From NCBI GenBank assembly GCA_023415475.1, contig JAEZKL010000130.1:27529-91528 (forward strand): a DNA stretch of 64,000 nt, in the 5' to 3' direction. The translations under genes were made by a program, and so were the position numbers. Source of the DNA: Bacillota bacterium (GTDB lineage Bacteria; Bacillota; Clostridia; Lachnospirales; Lachnospiraceae). Below, one piece after another: positions 54,975-64,000 of the stretch. The notes beneath the pieces were generated by a model. It was not told the origin of the DNA, did no database searches, and saw only the letters and a program-made list of their open reading frames with translations. Position 1 is the stretch's first letter, and each line of letters opens with the position of its first letter.

Positions 54975-56378
54975 CTATTCCTGTACTTCCTTCAGGTAAT
55001 CCTTTGCATAAGCTGCTCTGTTGGAATCCGGATATTCGGTTAATACAATATTGTAATACAGGGCCGCATTCTCTTTATCATCAAGACGCTGATAAGCTCT
55101 CCCTATAAAATAAATCGCATTTACATCCTGTGGATTAAAGATCAATGCCTTTTCCAATTCCTTGATAGCTTCCTCATACTTTCCATCACTATATAGGTCA
55201 TGTCCCGTGTCGTAATGACTCTCTGCGGCATCAGGATATGTTACCTCTCGCAGTAACTCTGTCAGTGCAACTGCATCTTCATTCTCAAACTTGGTTTCCG
55301 GGGCAGTAGCTAATAAATCTGCAATTGCCAAATAATCTCTGCTCCCTTCCGCCTTCTCCAGTTCAACAAAATAGAGCTGGGTAGCTTTGAAAAGAGCATT
55401 ATATATACTATCGGTATCCTCTGCATTATTCAAGGTTTTAATTTGACCTTGTAAGGCTTCCACCTGCTGTTCCAGCTGTGACTTATCATTCTTGAGGGAA
55501 GTAATCTCATCCCCCTGCTCCTCAATCTTAGCCAGGCTGGTGCTATAATCAACATTCTCTGTATCCGGATTTGTAGCCTGCCTCTTCTCAATCGTTGGCA
55601 CAATTAAAAAGGCAGTAACTGCAATACCAATGATAATACCGATCACAAGGTTGACAAAAACCATAATATTAGGCTTGTCCTCTCTGTATGAGGATATTGG
55701 CATAATAGCTCCGGACGTGGGGTGATTCCCTTCCGGATTATTATCCGGATCCTTCGCTGTCCCTTCCGGTACTTCAAGTTCTTTCAGATAGCGTAAGGTC
55801 ATTGTATTTGATACATCAATCTTTGCTGCCTTATACAGATACTTTTTCGCTTTGTCATTCTCTTTTTGCTTCATAAGGAGAAGTGCCAGCAGATGGTAAG
55901 CACGAACGAAATGTGGGTTAAGGCTTACTACCTTCTTCAGTTGAATGATGGATAGATCATCGCTCCCCTGCTTCGCATATGTCAGAGCAGTATTATATCG
56001 CTTAATGGCCTGATTCAATGCATCCAGCTTCGTTGGGTTACTCTGGACCTTATTGATATAATCCTCCGCATCATTCTCCGTCGGCTGGAAATGGCGGCTG
56101 ATTACCCATTCACTTAAGGCAGCTACCGTTTCTCCCATCTCATAATATATGAGACCCAATAGATTTCTTGCATTGGTATTCATTTTATTTAATTCAAGGC
56201 TGCTTTTTAAGGAGATGATGGCTCCGGATAGGTCCCTTACCTTCGCTCTCGCTAAGCCGTTATTATAATATTGATTGGACGCTCTATAGATTTTACGATA
56301 AATCATCATGTCTGTACCGCATCGTTCGCAGCGTTTCTTCTTGTCCGACATATTACTTCCGCAATTCGGGCAAATCAT
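54975..56378 (-). CDS. Zinc-ribbon / single-TM / TPR-repeat protein
   Basis: 467 aa. The N-terminus is MICPNCGSNMSDKKKRCERCG. TPR units flank a central TM helix (VNLVIGIIIGIAVTAFLIV) and a coiled coil. Confidence 0.75.
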   Translation of the reverse strand: MICPNCGSNMSDKKKRCERCGTDMMIYRKIYRASNQYYNNGLARAKVRDLSGAIISLKSSLELNKMNTNARNLLGLIYYEMGETVAALSEWVISRHFQPTENDAEDYINKVQSNPTKLDALNQAIKRYNTALTYAKQGSDDLSIIQLKKVVSLNPHFVRAYHLLALLLMKQKENDKAKKYLYKAAKIDVSNTMTLRYLKELEVPEGTAKDPDNNPEGNHPTSGAIMPISSYREDKPNIMVFVNLVIGIIIGIAVTAFLIVPTIEKRQATNPDTENVDYSTSLAKIEEQGDEITSLKNDKSQLEQQVEALQGQIKTLNNAEDTDSIYNALFKATQLYFVELEKAEGSRDYLAIADLLATAPETKFENEDAVALTELLREVTYPDAAESHYDTGHDLYSDGKYEEAIKELEKALIFNPQDVNAIYFIGRAYQRLDDKENAALYYNIVLTEYPDSNRAAYAKDYLKEVQE

Positions 56379-56409
56379 ATCATCCCCACCTGTCCGTTTA
56401 ATCTTTTCG

Positions 56410-56550
56410 TTATTTTTCCTTGTTCCCCTTCAGTACTTCCTTTAAAATGTCAGTAACATCTGTCAGGTCATTGTTATTTATGACATCCTCTGCCTGCTCA
56501 ATCTCTAAGCTTGGTTGGAATTTATCGATTTCTTCATCAAAATTTATCAT
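56410..56550 (-). CDS. Unlisted 46-codon acidic small ORF upstream of the TPR gene
   Basis: MINFDEEIDKFQPSLEIEQAEDVINNNDLTDVTDILKEVLKGNKEK. GGAGG lies 7 nt upstream of the ATG. The stop is 31 nt before the TPR gene start. It falls below the 60-aa cutoff of the track. Confidence 0.4.
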   Translation of the reverse strand: MINFDEEIDKFQPSLEIEQAEDVINNNDLTDVTDILKEVLKGNKEK

Positions 56551-56757
56551 ATTCGATCCTCCGATATTGTTAGGTGGATATATAATTCTTGTTCCATTCT
56601 TATGATACTATAATAGTTAAAAAAATCAAGAGTTTCTAGTATCTTCTAGGAAAACATTATTAACATTATATCTTATAATACATAAATTATCAAATAAATT
56701 CAACTTATTCCATTCGACAAGGATAGATTAGATTAACCCTTCCCCTTCCAATAATAT

Positions 56758-58947
56758 TTACACTACGGAGGATAATCGGATAATCTTAGCATTGAAATCA
56801 CCCCAGGTCAGTTCCTTCGGTCGATTGATACCATAATTCATCAGCTGGGCTCCGGTCACCACAAACTCACTTTCATCAATTCGATAACGGTAGGCAGGAT
56901 CTAATCCATCCAGACGTACCCGGTAAAGAGGGCTATTAGGAACATTGAGACCACGATAAAGGAATAGGAGCGCTTCCGTCTTATCCTCAGACACAAATAG
57001 GAAAGAGGTATCATCCCCTTCAAAGGGACTTGATAACCGGTATAGATCACCATATTGAACCAATCGTCGTATAGATTTATAGAAAGCAACCTCGTTTTTA
57101 ATCAGCTGCTTCTCCTCCTCATTAAATCCGGTAACGTCCAGCTCATACCCAAAATTACCTGCCATAGCAACCATGTGGCGGAAGCTCAACGAGGTGCTTC
57201 TTCCGGTCTGATGATTGGGAACTGCAGACACATGAGCAGTCATTGCACATACCGGGTAAACAAGAGAGGTACCATACTGTATCTTCAGTCGTTCTACCGC
57301 ATCCGTATCATCACTGGTCCAGTTTTGAGGCATATAGTATAGGATTCCTGGATCAAAACGTCCGCCGCCTCCGGAGCAGCTTTCAAAAAGAATGTCAGGA
57401 AAACGGTCAGTAATGATATCCATAACCTGATAAAGACCGAGCATATAACGGTGAGCCGTCTCCTGCTGTTGCTCCCGGTCAAGTAGTGCGGAACCGATTT
57501 CCGACATATTACGGTTCATATCCCATTTCACATAGGATATCTTTGCACTCTGAAGAATATAAGTCAACATTTCAAGCACCGCTTCTCTGACATCCTCTCT
57601 GGAGTAGTCCAGAATCAGCTGCTGCCTAGCCTCAGAGCGATGTCTGTCCGGTACATGGAGGCACCAATCGGGATGAGCACGGTACAGATCACTGTCAGGA
57701 GATATCATCTCCGGCTCGAACCACAGGCCAAATTTCATGCCATAGGCTTCGATTGCTTCTGCCAGACTACCCAAACCATTCGGCAGCTTATTCTGATTCA
57801 CATACCAATCTCCAAGACTACAGTTATCACTGTTACGCTTTCCAAACCATCCGTCATCCAGCACCATCATCTCGATTCCCAACTCTGATGCCTGCTTTGC
57901 AATCTGTATAATCTTATCCTCATTGAAATTAAAATAGGTTGCTTCCCAATTGTTGATAACAATCGGACGCTCGCAGTTCTTATACTTGCTCTTCATCAGA
58001 TTATTACGATAAATCCGATGATACGTTCTGGACATTTCACCAAGACCCCTGTTTGAGTAAACCATGACCACCTCAGGAGTCACAAACGCCTCGCCCGGCT
58101 GCAGCAGCCAGGTAAAGTCGAAGGGATTAATTCCCATTGCCACTCTTGTAGTAGAATACTGATCAACATCCGCATAAGCAATAAAATTACCGCTGTAAAC
58201 AAGGTTAAAGCCATAAACCTCTCCACTATTCTCCGTTGCCCTCTTGTCCATAATAGCAATAAAGGGATTCTCGGCATGTCCACTGGCTCCGCGTCTGCTT
58301 TCGATTGACTGATTTCCATGGGACAAAGCCCTTCTGACTATATGTCTTTCTCTCGTCCAACTTCCTGATAAGCTTAACAGGTCATAATCATAATGATCAA
58401 AATCCATACTCATACTAAGAGCGCGTAGCAGACGGAGCTTTTGCGTTCCTTCATTATAAAAGCTCACTGACCTTACGATTACATTTTCCTTCTCAAAGAC
58501 GCTATAAGCCAATACCACCTTCAGCTTGATCAATTCATCCACCAACGTGATATATAAGGTTTGTGCCTCCTCTTCGCCGGCCGATAGGCTTGGCAGACCG
58601 GCCAGCTTACTCTTTCCATTTACTATTTTATGAGATTGATAGCACAACTCAGTAATTCGCGTTCCATTTTCAAGCTGTACCTGATATGCCGGCATACGCA
58701 AATCCGTATTGCCATAGGCCGGATATTCGGATGGCATCGTATCTAAAGAAAAGGAGTTGTCTTCGTCCGGATTAGCACTAAATGAAGGCCGGCCTGCGCT
58801 CTTGCATAGCTCCGACACCACCGGTTCGTCTATTTTGGCTCCGTAGTATACATGTTCCAAATATTTATCCTTCGTGATACGCAGGATATACGTAGCTGTC
58901 TTTGATTGTAATAAAAAGCTTTTATCTTCCGATTGATACTTAATCAT
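56758..58947 (-). CDS. Alpha-galactosidase (GH36)
   Basis: 729 aa. Motifs are VLDDGWFGKRN, YVKWDMNR and FESCSGGGGRFD, which are typical GH36 catalytic-region motifs. Confidence 0.9.
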   Translation of the reverse strand: MIKYQSEDKSFLLQSKTATYILRITKDKYLEHVYYGAKIDEPVVSELCKSAGRPSFSANPDEDNSFSLDTMPSEYPAYGNTDLRMPAYQVQLENGTRITELCYQSHKIVNGKSKLAGLPSLSAGEEEAQTLYITLVDELIKLKVVLAYSVFEKENVIVRSVSFYNEGTQKLRLLRALSMSMDFDHYDYDLLSLSGSWTRERHIVRRALSHGNQSIESRRGASGHAENPFIAIMDKRATENSGEVYGFNLVYSGNFIAYADVDQYSTTRVAMGINPFDFTWLLQPGEAFVTPEVVMVYSNRGLGEMSRTYHRIYRNNLMKSKYKNCERPIVINNWEATYFNFNEDKIIQIAKQASELGIEMMVLDDGWFGKRNSDNCSLGDWYVNQNKLPNGLGSLAEAIEAYGMKFGLWFEPEMISPDSDLYRAHPDWCLHVPDRHRSEARQQLILDYSREDVREAVLEMLTYILQSAKISYVKWDMNRNMSEIGSALLDREQQQETAHRYMLGLYQVMDIITDRFPDILFESCSGGGGRFDPGILYYMPQNWTSDDTDAVERLKIQYGTSLVYPVCAMTAHVSAVPNHQTGRSTSLSFRHMVAMAGNFGYELDVTGFNEEEKQLIKNEVAFYKSIRRLVQYGDLYRLSSPFEGDDTSFLFVSEDKTEALLFLYRGLNVPNSPLYRVRLDGLDPAYRYRIDESEFVVTGAQLMNYGINRPKELTWGDFNAKIIRLSSVV

Positions 58948-59041
58948 TATAGTCCTCCAAATTATGAATAATTAATAATACTATCTGAACACTGCTCCTA
59001 CATGCTGCATCTTCGATGCAGCCGGGAACCCGGAAGAAACA

Positions 59042-59102
59042 AGGAATGAGCACCACCTAGCGAGCTTCGCAGTTTCTTCCTAAGGATTTTTGCATTATAA
59101 AA
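59042..59102 (+). repeat. Family A intergenic hairpin repeat, copy 3
   Basis: GGAAGAAACAAGGAATGAGCACCACCTAGCGAGCTTCGCAGTTTCTTCCTAAGGATTTTTG. It lies about 95 nt upstream of the alpha-galactosidase start. Confidence 0.7.
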
Positions 59103-59438
59103 ATCCTTTATTCATATTGATACTATCATAACATATTTGAGCTAATTCTCAAGAACTTCCTAAAGTTATATGTTGTAAAAGAGCTCCCTTTTCTATTCTT
59201 TTATAATATTTGATATGGATAGTATATTTGACCTTCTCATATAATAATACTGGAAGAAGCACGCGATACGAACAGCTTACGCGAAAATGAAAGGTATCCG
59301 TGTAAAACCAAACACCTTTCACTAGGTAATCCACTATATTATTTGACAAATCGGAATTAAAGTGGTAAATGTTAACTATATTCTGAGATAATATCCTAGT
59401 AATAGACAATAATTATTTTGATAGATTGGAGCAATGAT

Positions 59439-60317
59439 ATGGTTAAATCAACGTTTCGCTTAATCAGCTTGCTTTCCAGGAAAATAAGGGATGATCATGT
59501 CGCTGCGTTTTCAGCTCAAGCAGCCTTTTTTATCATCATATCATTTTTTCCTTTTATCATGCTGCTTTTTAGCATTGTAAAATACTTTCCGATTGAGGAA
59601 GAAAATATGCTTCTGCTGCTAAGTCAGGCCTTTCCGACTACTGTTAATTCCTTAATCGAGAGTATTATATCTGAGATATATGATGTGGCTGCCTCCACTA
59701 CCATAATCTCCGCTACCATTGTATCCACTCTATGGTCTGCAGGAAAGGGCTTTCTTGCCGTCATGAAGGGTTTAAATTCCGTATATGAAATTGACGAGAC
59801 GAGACATAGTCTCTGGTTACGCGTCATGTCTGCCTTATACACCCTGATCTTTGCCATTATGGTTATTACAACTATGCTTCTTTTTGTCTTTGGCAACCGA
59901 CTCTACTTATGGATCACACAAAAATTTCCGGTGATTGAGGAGACAGCCGTCCTAATTATCAGCTTAAGGACCATTGTCGGGCTTATTACTCTAATCATAT
60001 TCTTTCTTCTCATCTACATCGTCATACCGAACCGTAAAACAAAGCTTCTGAATGAGCTGCCGGGCGCGATGTTATGTGCAGCCGGATGGATGGGCTTTTC
60101 CTATGCCTTTTCCTACTATATCGATAATTTTTCTAATTATGCTTCCATGTACGGTAGCCTTACTGCCATTGTATTATTTATGCTTTGGCTCTATTTCTGC
60201 ATGTACCTTCTTTTTCTTGGAGCGGAATTTAATCTATTATTTGAGAATAAGACCTTTATCAACAAAATCAAGCTAATATATCGCAAATCGGATAAAGAAC
60301 CGATTATTCATAGATAA
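59439..60317 (+). CDS. YihY/BrkB family membrane protein
   Basis: The ORF starts at 59418. The likely start is ATG at 59439, after GGAG. The protein has FSAQAAFFIIISFFPFIML and six TM helices. Confidence 0.8.
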   Translation: MVKSTFRLISLLSRKIRDDHVAAFSAQAAFFIIISFFPFIMLLFSIVKYFPIEEENMLLLLSQAFPTTVNSLIESIISEIYDVAASTTIISATIVSTLWSAGKGFLAVMKGLNSVYEIDETRHSLWLRVMSALYTLIFAIMVITTMLLFVFGNRLYLWITQKFPVIEETAVLIISLRTIVGLITLIIFFLLIYIVIPNRKTKLLNELPGAMLCAAGWMGFSYAFSYYIDNFSNYASMYGSLTAIVLFMLWLYFCMYLLFLGAEFNLLFENKTFINKIKLIYRKSDKEPIIHR

Positions 60318-62775
60318 AACCAAGCTCGGTGCCTTCATAAAAATATGATAGTATCGCTTCATAGCCTTCTCCGGAGTCTGCCAAAGCCTTAACTCCGTTC
60401 TGACTCATTCCTACTCCATGACCATATCCACCGCCGGTAAGAGTTACGCTGCTAATCCTTTTATCCTTCTCTTTTTTATCAATAATAAAGAAGGCACTGG
60501 GAAGAAGGTTAAGATTCTTAACTTCACTTTCATCCTGCCTGATTACGGTATCATAGGTCGGAGCCAGTAATGCCCTGATATTATATTCCGTTCTTACCTT
60601 GACGGTATATTTACTGCCTTCAATCAACAGCTCGGAGATTATTCCACTGCTTTCTCTTTTTAGAACAGTGATATCCACAAGTTCGCCGATTTTATCCACC
60701 GGACGGCTTTCAAAGACCGCCTCTTCATTCTCATCCTCACCGGTTTTGGTCAGTATCAGCTCAGGATTTGCATTATATCGCTTGGAAAGATTCTCATCAA
60801 TCACCTTCTGAAGCTCTTTTGCCTTCATCGTTACCTTCCAACGATACCAATTAAAGCTACTGTCATAAGTGGTGAGCTCATCTTCCTCCAGAAAGCTTCG
60901 AAAGACCTCCTCCGTTGAGAGATCTGTATACTGATCAGCAATAGAGCTGGGAGTATCCGCTCCCCCCCCATCCTCATCGATATATAACAGCTTTCCGGCA
61001 AGATAAGGATAATTTGTGTTATTGGACCATACACTAGCCGCCTCTGAGGTATGTCCGCAGGAGGTTGAGAAATAATAAGCTGTGATTACTTCACCTTCAT
61101 ATTCAATTACCTTTCCGTAGGTATCCTTCACGGCAAGGATTGAATCCTCATTTTCTGATATATTATTGTATACCTGGTAGGATACACTATCATCGACATG
61201 AGCACCATAGGTACTCAGGCTGTTTGCGAGCAAATGCTTATAGGCATAGCTTCTTGCGCATACTGCCTGTACCCGCAGCGACTCAAGCCCATAATAGGTC
61301 GGCATCTCACTAGGTATAACCGCATAAAGATATTCCTCCAAGGGCAGCTCGTTAATGACTAAAAGCCCTTGATCACCTTCTGCAATTTCTATCCTTCCCC
61401 GATAATTCGGATATCCATCCGAACGCTCTATGGAAAGTAGCTCAATCCTTGAACCCTCTTCTGCTGCCTTCACAGTTATTCTTCCCTCAGATAATAGCGG
61501 ATCTCCCGGTTCTATTGTTACGATGTCGCCTTTCTTATAGGAACGCTCCGATTCCTTGCTGCTTATGGTGAAATCATCGGTAGACGTCAATTCCACTTTA
61601 TCATGATAATAATCCCGATAACCGGAGGTCATGAGCAGAACCCTGATATTCTCCGCCTTAATACTTTCTGTTATTAATGCTGCACTAATCTTGCCAAGTG
61701 ATACTACAAAATCCGTATTCTCATAACCTACTAATATACTGCCCGTAGGCTCAATGGAAAGCTTTCCGTATAATTTATAGATTCTGAAATTCTCATCCAG
61801 TGACACCTTACCATAGCCTTCTATCTCGATATAATCCTTTCCGGTCTGTAACACCTTTCCTTGGATAATTTCCGGCTTTTGTAGAACCTTGACGATCTTT
61901 GAGTCCTCAATCGTTATGTCACTAACCACCTTTTCAATCGTGGTCTCAAGCTTGTACTTTGCTGTAAAGCTTTTGCTGATCCCATTAATAAAGGTATCAA
62001 TCTGTAAACCATCACCCTTTTTAATCCAGACATTATGTATCACAATTTTTTCTGTCGAGACTGCTTTGATATAGATGAGCTCTTGTTCACAAACCAGTGC
62101 CTTGATACCTTTGTCCAAATATTTTGCAACCAAATCAAGCTTCTTTGTACCATAGTCATTTTCATAGCTCTTAGCATCGTTGTAATAAAACTTTCCTCTG
62201 TCAGTCACCATACGAAAAGACCCTTCTCCATTCTCTTCACTTCCTAATACGAAAAGAGTTTCCTCCTTAATCTTCTGCTCCTTAAGCGGCACAACTGCGA
62301 TAATCGCATCATACAATTCCAAAAATTCGCGGAGTTTCATTGGTTGTTCTGATTTGGTAAATTCAAAGGATATTCCTGAATATACTGCCTGATAATCCGG
62401 ATACTTCAATATCAGTTTGTCAATCAGCTCTTTGCAGGTACTATAAGTCAGAGCCTCCATCGGAGCTCTATTAATATTGCTCTCAATGAGGCCCATCTTC
62501 CATACTGCATTTACATATGTATCATACCAGCCTGACATATTTTCATTTCCATATGTAATGCCCATACTCAGGCTTTCTCTCTCTGCTTTATTATATTCAA
62601 GGAAGCTTAGCAGGCGGTATGCCTCAGCTTGAGCAATACCATCCGTCTGCACTACCGTATTCTCCGGCTCCCCTGGTTTCTGGTCCTTCATACCCCTGAT
62701 TATATTCACTGTAAATACAACAATGACTATTCCAATACATATTCCTATCAATATAAGCTTTCTCTTTATACTCAT
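60304..62775 (-). CDS. SpoIID/LytB domain-containing protein (large, membrane-anchored)
   Basis: 823 aa. An N-terminal TM helix is followed by a SpoIID domain (LEEYLYAVIPSEMP...ESLRVQAVCARSYA, YFSTSCGHTS, GGGYGHGVGMSQNG). Confidence 0.85.
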   Translation of the reverse strand: MSIKRKLILIGICIGIVIVVFTVNIIRGMKDQKPGEPENTVVQTDGIAQAEAYRLLSFLEYNKAERESLSMGITYGNENMSGWYDTYVNAVWKMGLIESNINRAPMEALTYSTCKELIDKLILKYPDYQAVYSGISFEFTKSEQPMKLREFLELYDAIIAVVPLKEQKIKEETLFVLGSEENGEGSFRMVTDRGKFYYNDAKSYENDYGTKKLDLVAKYLDKGIKALVCEQELIYIKAVSTEKIVIHNVWIKKGDGLQIDTFINGISKSFTAKYKLETTIEKVVSDITIEDSKIVKVLQKPEIIQGKVLQTGKDYIEIEGYGKVSLDENFRIYKLYGKLSIEPTGSILVGYENTDFVVSLGKISAALITESIKAENIRVLLMTSGYRDYYHDKVELTSTDDFTISSKESERSYKKGDIVTIEPGDPLLSEGRITVKAAEEGSRIELLSIERSDGYPNYRGRIEIAEGDQGLLVINELPLEEYLYAVIPSEMPTYYGLESLRVQAVCARSYAYKHLLANSLSTYGAHVDDSVSYQVYNNISENEDSILAVKDTYGKVIEYEGEVITAYYFSTSCGHTSEAASVWSNNTNYPYLAGKLLYIDEDGGGADTPSSIADQYTDLSTEEVFRSFLEEDELTTYDSSFNWYRWKVTMKAKELQKVIDENLSKRYNANPELILTKTGEDENEEAVFESRPVDKIGELVDITVLKRESSGIISELLIEGSKYTVKVRTEYNIRALLAPTYDTVIRQDESEVKNLNLLPSAFFIIDKKEKDKRISSVTLTGGGYGHGVGMSQNGVKALADSGEGYEAILSYFYEGTELGFIYE

Positions 62776-63084
62776 AGCTGCTCCTATTCCAGGCCCTGAT
62801 TAACCTATTGACATAGTTATTATCCCATACGCTAATATATTATGTCAATGGATGTAATATGCGTACAAGTTTATGTTTCACATCGCAAATTAACTTTAAA
62901 TTCTTTGCAGATGCTATCATTATTCTTTAAAAGCATATGGGGTGGCGTTATGGCAACCCTAATACATAGATTGACGGACCGCTTACTGTTTTCTAAGCCA
63001 TTTCAAACATAAATGTTTGCTTTTGTCTTTCAAAACCAGTAAGTGGTCCGTCATATAGTGTTTTTGAGCGAACCGGAAAGCTTC

Positions 63085-64000
63085 TTATTCTTCCGTTGTT
63101 TTAAATTCTATGATTGCTTTTACAATATCATCAATCTTTCTCTTATCTGCGAAAAATCTTGTCTCACCGTTCTTAATAATATAGAAGCTATCATCATAAG
63201 GCAGGTAGGAAGCGGTAAGTACAGTGTTCTTATCATCATTCAGATGGAAGCTCATGGTCAGATGAGGTGTGATTCCCTCTGCACTGATCTCCTCTTTGAT
63301 CGGAGCATCGTACTGAGCGGATATCATCTTTTGGTATACGTCTTTGAAGACATCCTCTTCGACCTCTTTGCTATTGTAGAAGTAAGTGGTCTTAACCTCA
63401 TCTTCTCCTGCATCATTTTTCCCGGTAGCGCGCTCCATGCTCATCGTGTATGCAGAACCGTCAATATCGATGTCAACTCTATCTACCATTTCAATATTTG
63501 GAATAGCGACAAATTTGTTTAAGAGGCTGAATACATCCACCTCTACCATATTGTCAATTGCGTCCTTATCTATTGTATAAACTGCACTGTCACCCTCAAT
63601 CATAACATAATAATTATTATTTTCATCAAGTCCTCCGACCGAAAGCTTATATTCCTTTGGATCATAATAGGTCTTCTCCGTAATCTCCTCGCCGGTATCC
63701 GGATCCTTCTCCGGCTCATCAAGCGTCTCTGTCCGGGTCTCCAGGTATCCCAGCTCGATGATAGACATTGGTTGATCCAAGCCATATGTGCTCAGCTCGG
63801 TAGGATGATAATCCACACATTTGATATAATCAAAGGTGGTGTACTTCTCCTGCAGAGTAGTAACTGCAGAGCTATCAGCGGTATATCTCTGTGGATAGGG
63901 CTTCAAGATAACCCAAGGGAACATGGCGGAACCACTGTTATCCAGACCGTTGTTCTCTTCGTAAAATAACTCAAAATCCTCACTATCACGATTATCCACT
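63085..64000 (-). CDS. DUF4340-like protein, 5'-truncated by the window edge
   Basis: The frame stays open to the end of the window. The repeated pattern YYVMIEGDSAVYTIDKD / FYIIKNGETRFFADK is typical of DUF4340 proteins. Confidence 0.55.
   Translation of the reverse strand, partial: VDNRDSEDFELFYEENNGLDNSGSAMFPWVILKPYPQRYTADSSAVTTLQEKYTTFDYIKCVDYHPTELSTYGLDQPMSIIELGYLETRTETLDEPEKDPDTGEEITEKTYYDPKEYKLSVGGLDENNNYYVMIEGDSAVYTIDKDAIDNMVEVDVFSLLNKFVAIPNIEMVDRVDIDIDGSAYTMSMERATGKNDAGEDEVKTTYFYNSKEVEEDVFKDVYQKMISAQYDAPIKEEISAEGITPHLTMSFHLNDDKNTVLTASYLPYDDSFYIIKNGETRFFADKRKIDDIVKAIIEFKTTEE

Noticed and set aside
54838-54975. A sigma-H promoter upstream of spoIIAA
   Set aside because: There is only a weak resemblance (AAAGGTCTT ... 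AGTAATTC) to RNAGGAWWW-N11-12-RNNGAATWW. This is too uncertain to call.
59149-59409. An 86-aa minus-strand ORF upstream of the YihY-like gene
   Set aside because: It is AT-rich and Tyr/Asn/Ile-biased, with no RBS and no motif. It is probably non-coding promoter DNA.
63043-63522. A 159-aa plus-strand ORF and other plus-strand ORFs over the DUF4340 gene
   Set aside because: They are antisense shadows of the longer minus-strand frame, which stays open to the window edge.
1-64000. A search for tRNA, rRNA, transposase, integrase or phage genes and for other riboswitch classes
   Set aside because: I found no cloverleaf-type conserved T-loop or acceptor patterns, no rRNA-like stretches and no DDE or tyrosine/serine recombinase ORFs. 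The only riboswitch core seen was GGACGCAAAGC, twice.

Overview
This window looks like a chromosomal segment from a low-GC, spore-forming, chemotactic Firmicute (Clostridia, possibly Lachnospiraceae-like; this is inferred from gene content only). It carries about 50 genes, mostly on the minus strand.

Ordinary content:
- A 3'-truncated ABC-F ATPase that is missing from the ORF track.
- A DUF2975/HTH pair, an L,D-transpeptidase, a GNAT, an S41 peptidase and a DUF5050 protein.
- tdh-kbl, sfsA and an MFS/ArsR-like pair.
- A Gfo/Idh/MocA plus TIM-barrel sugar cluster with an AraC regulator.
- rarA, a class A PBP, spoVAC-AD-AE, spoIIAA-spoIIAB-sigF, a GH36 alpha-galactosidase, a SpoIID/LytB protein and a partial DUF4340 gene.

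The main candidate for a new system lies at about 10.9-23.6 kb and appears to be an uncharacterised RiPP locus:
- It encodes a 79-aa Nif11-type precursor. Its leader ends in ELDAVAGG and its 13-aa core is CIIEIPVRCLIDL, which contains two C-x-x-[E/D] motifs.
- A convergent radical SAM/SPASM gene resembling the SCIFF maturase CteB is the likely maturase.
- A divergent operon encodes a LivK-like lipoprotein, a HlyD-type protein, a C39-peptidase ABC transporter and a second ABC transporter with an extra N-terminal domain.
- An ECF sigma factor is translationally coupled to a 132-aa protein. That protein has an anti-sigma-like N-terminus, a second double-glycine-like site and a 4-Cys tail.
- A 7TM-PAS histidine kinase and a LuxR-type response regulator flank the locus.

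Other findings:
- Two c-di-GMP-I (GEMM-I) riboswitches sit in the leaders of two chemoreceptor (MCP) transcription units. One unit starts with a KAS III-like enzyme that keeps Cys but has lost the catalytic His and Asn.
- A near-consensus LexA (Cheo) box overlaps a strong promoter for a DNA-repair radical SAM gene that lacks its usual partner gene.
- Several families of multi-hairpin intergenic repeats are present, including one copy inserted between spoIIAA and spoIIAB.
- There are phased 21-bp direct repeats, several gene remnants and one unlisted 46-codon ORF.

I saw no rRNA, tRNA, CRISPR array, transposase or integrase. All family assignments come from reading motifs by eye and no database search was run.
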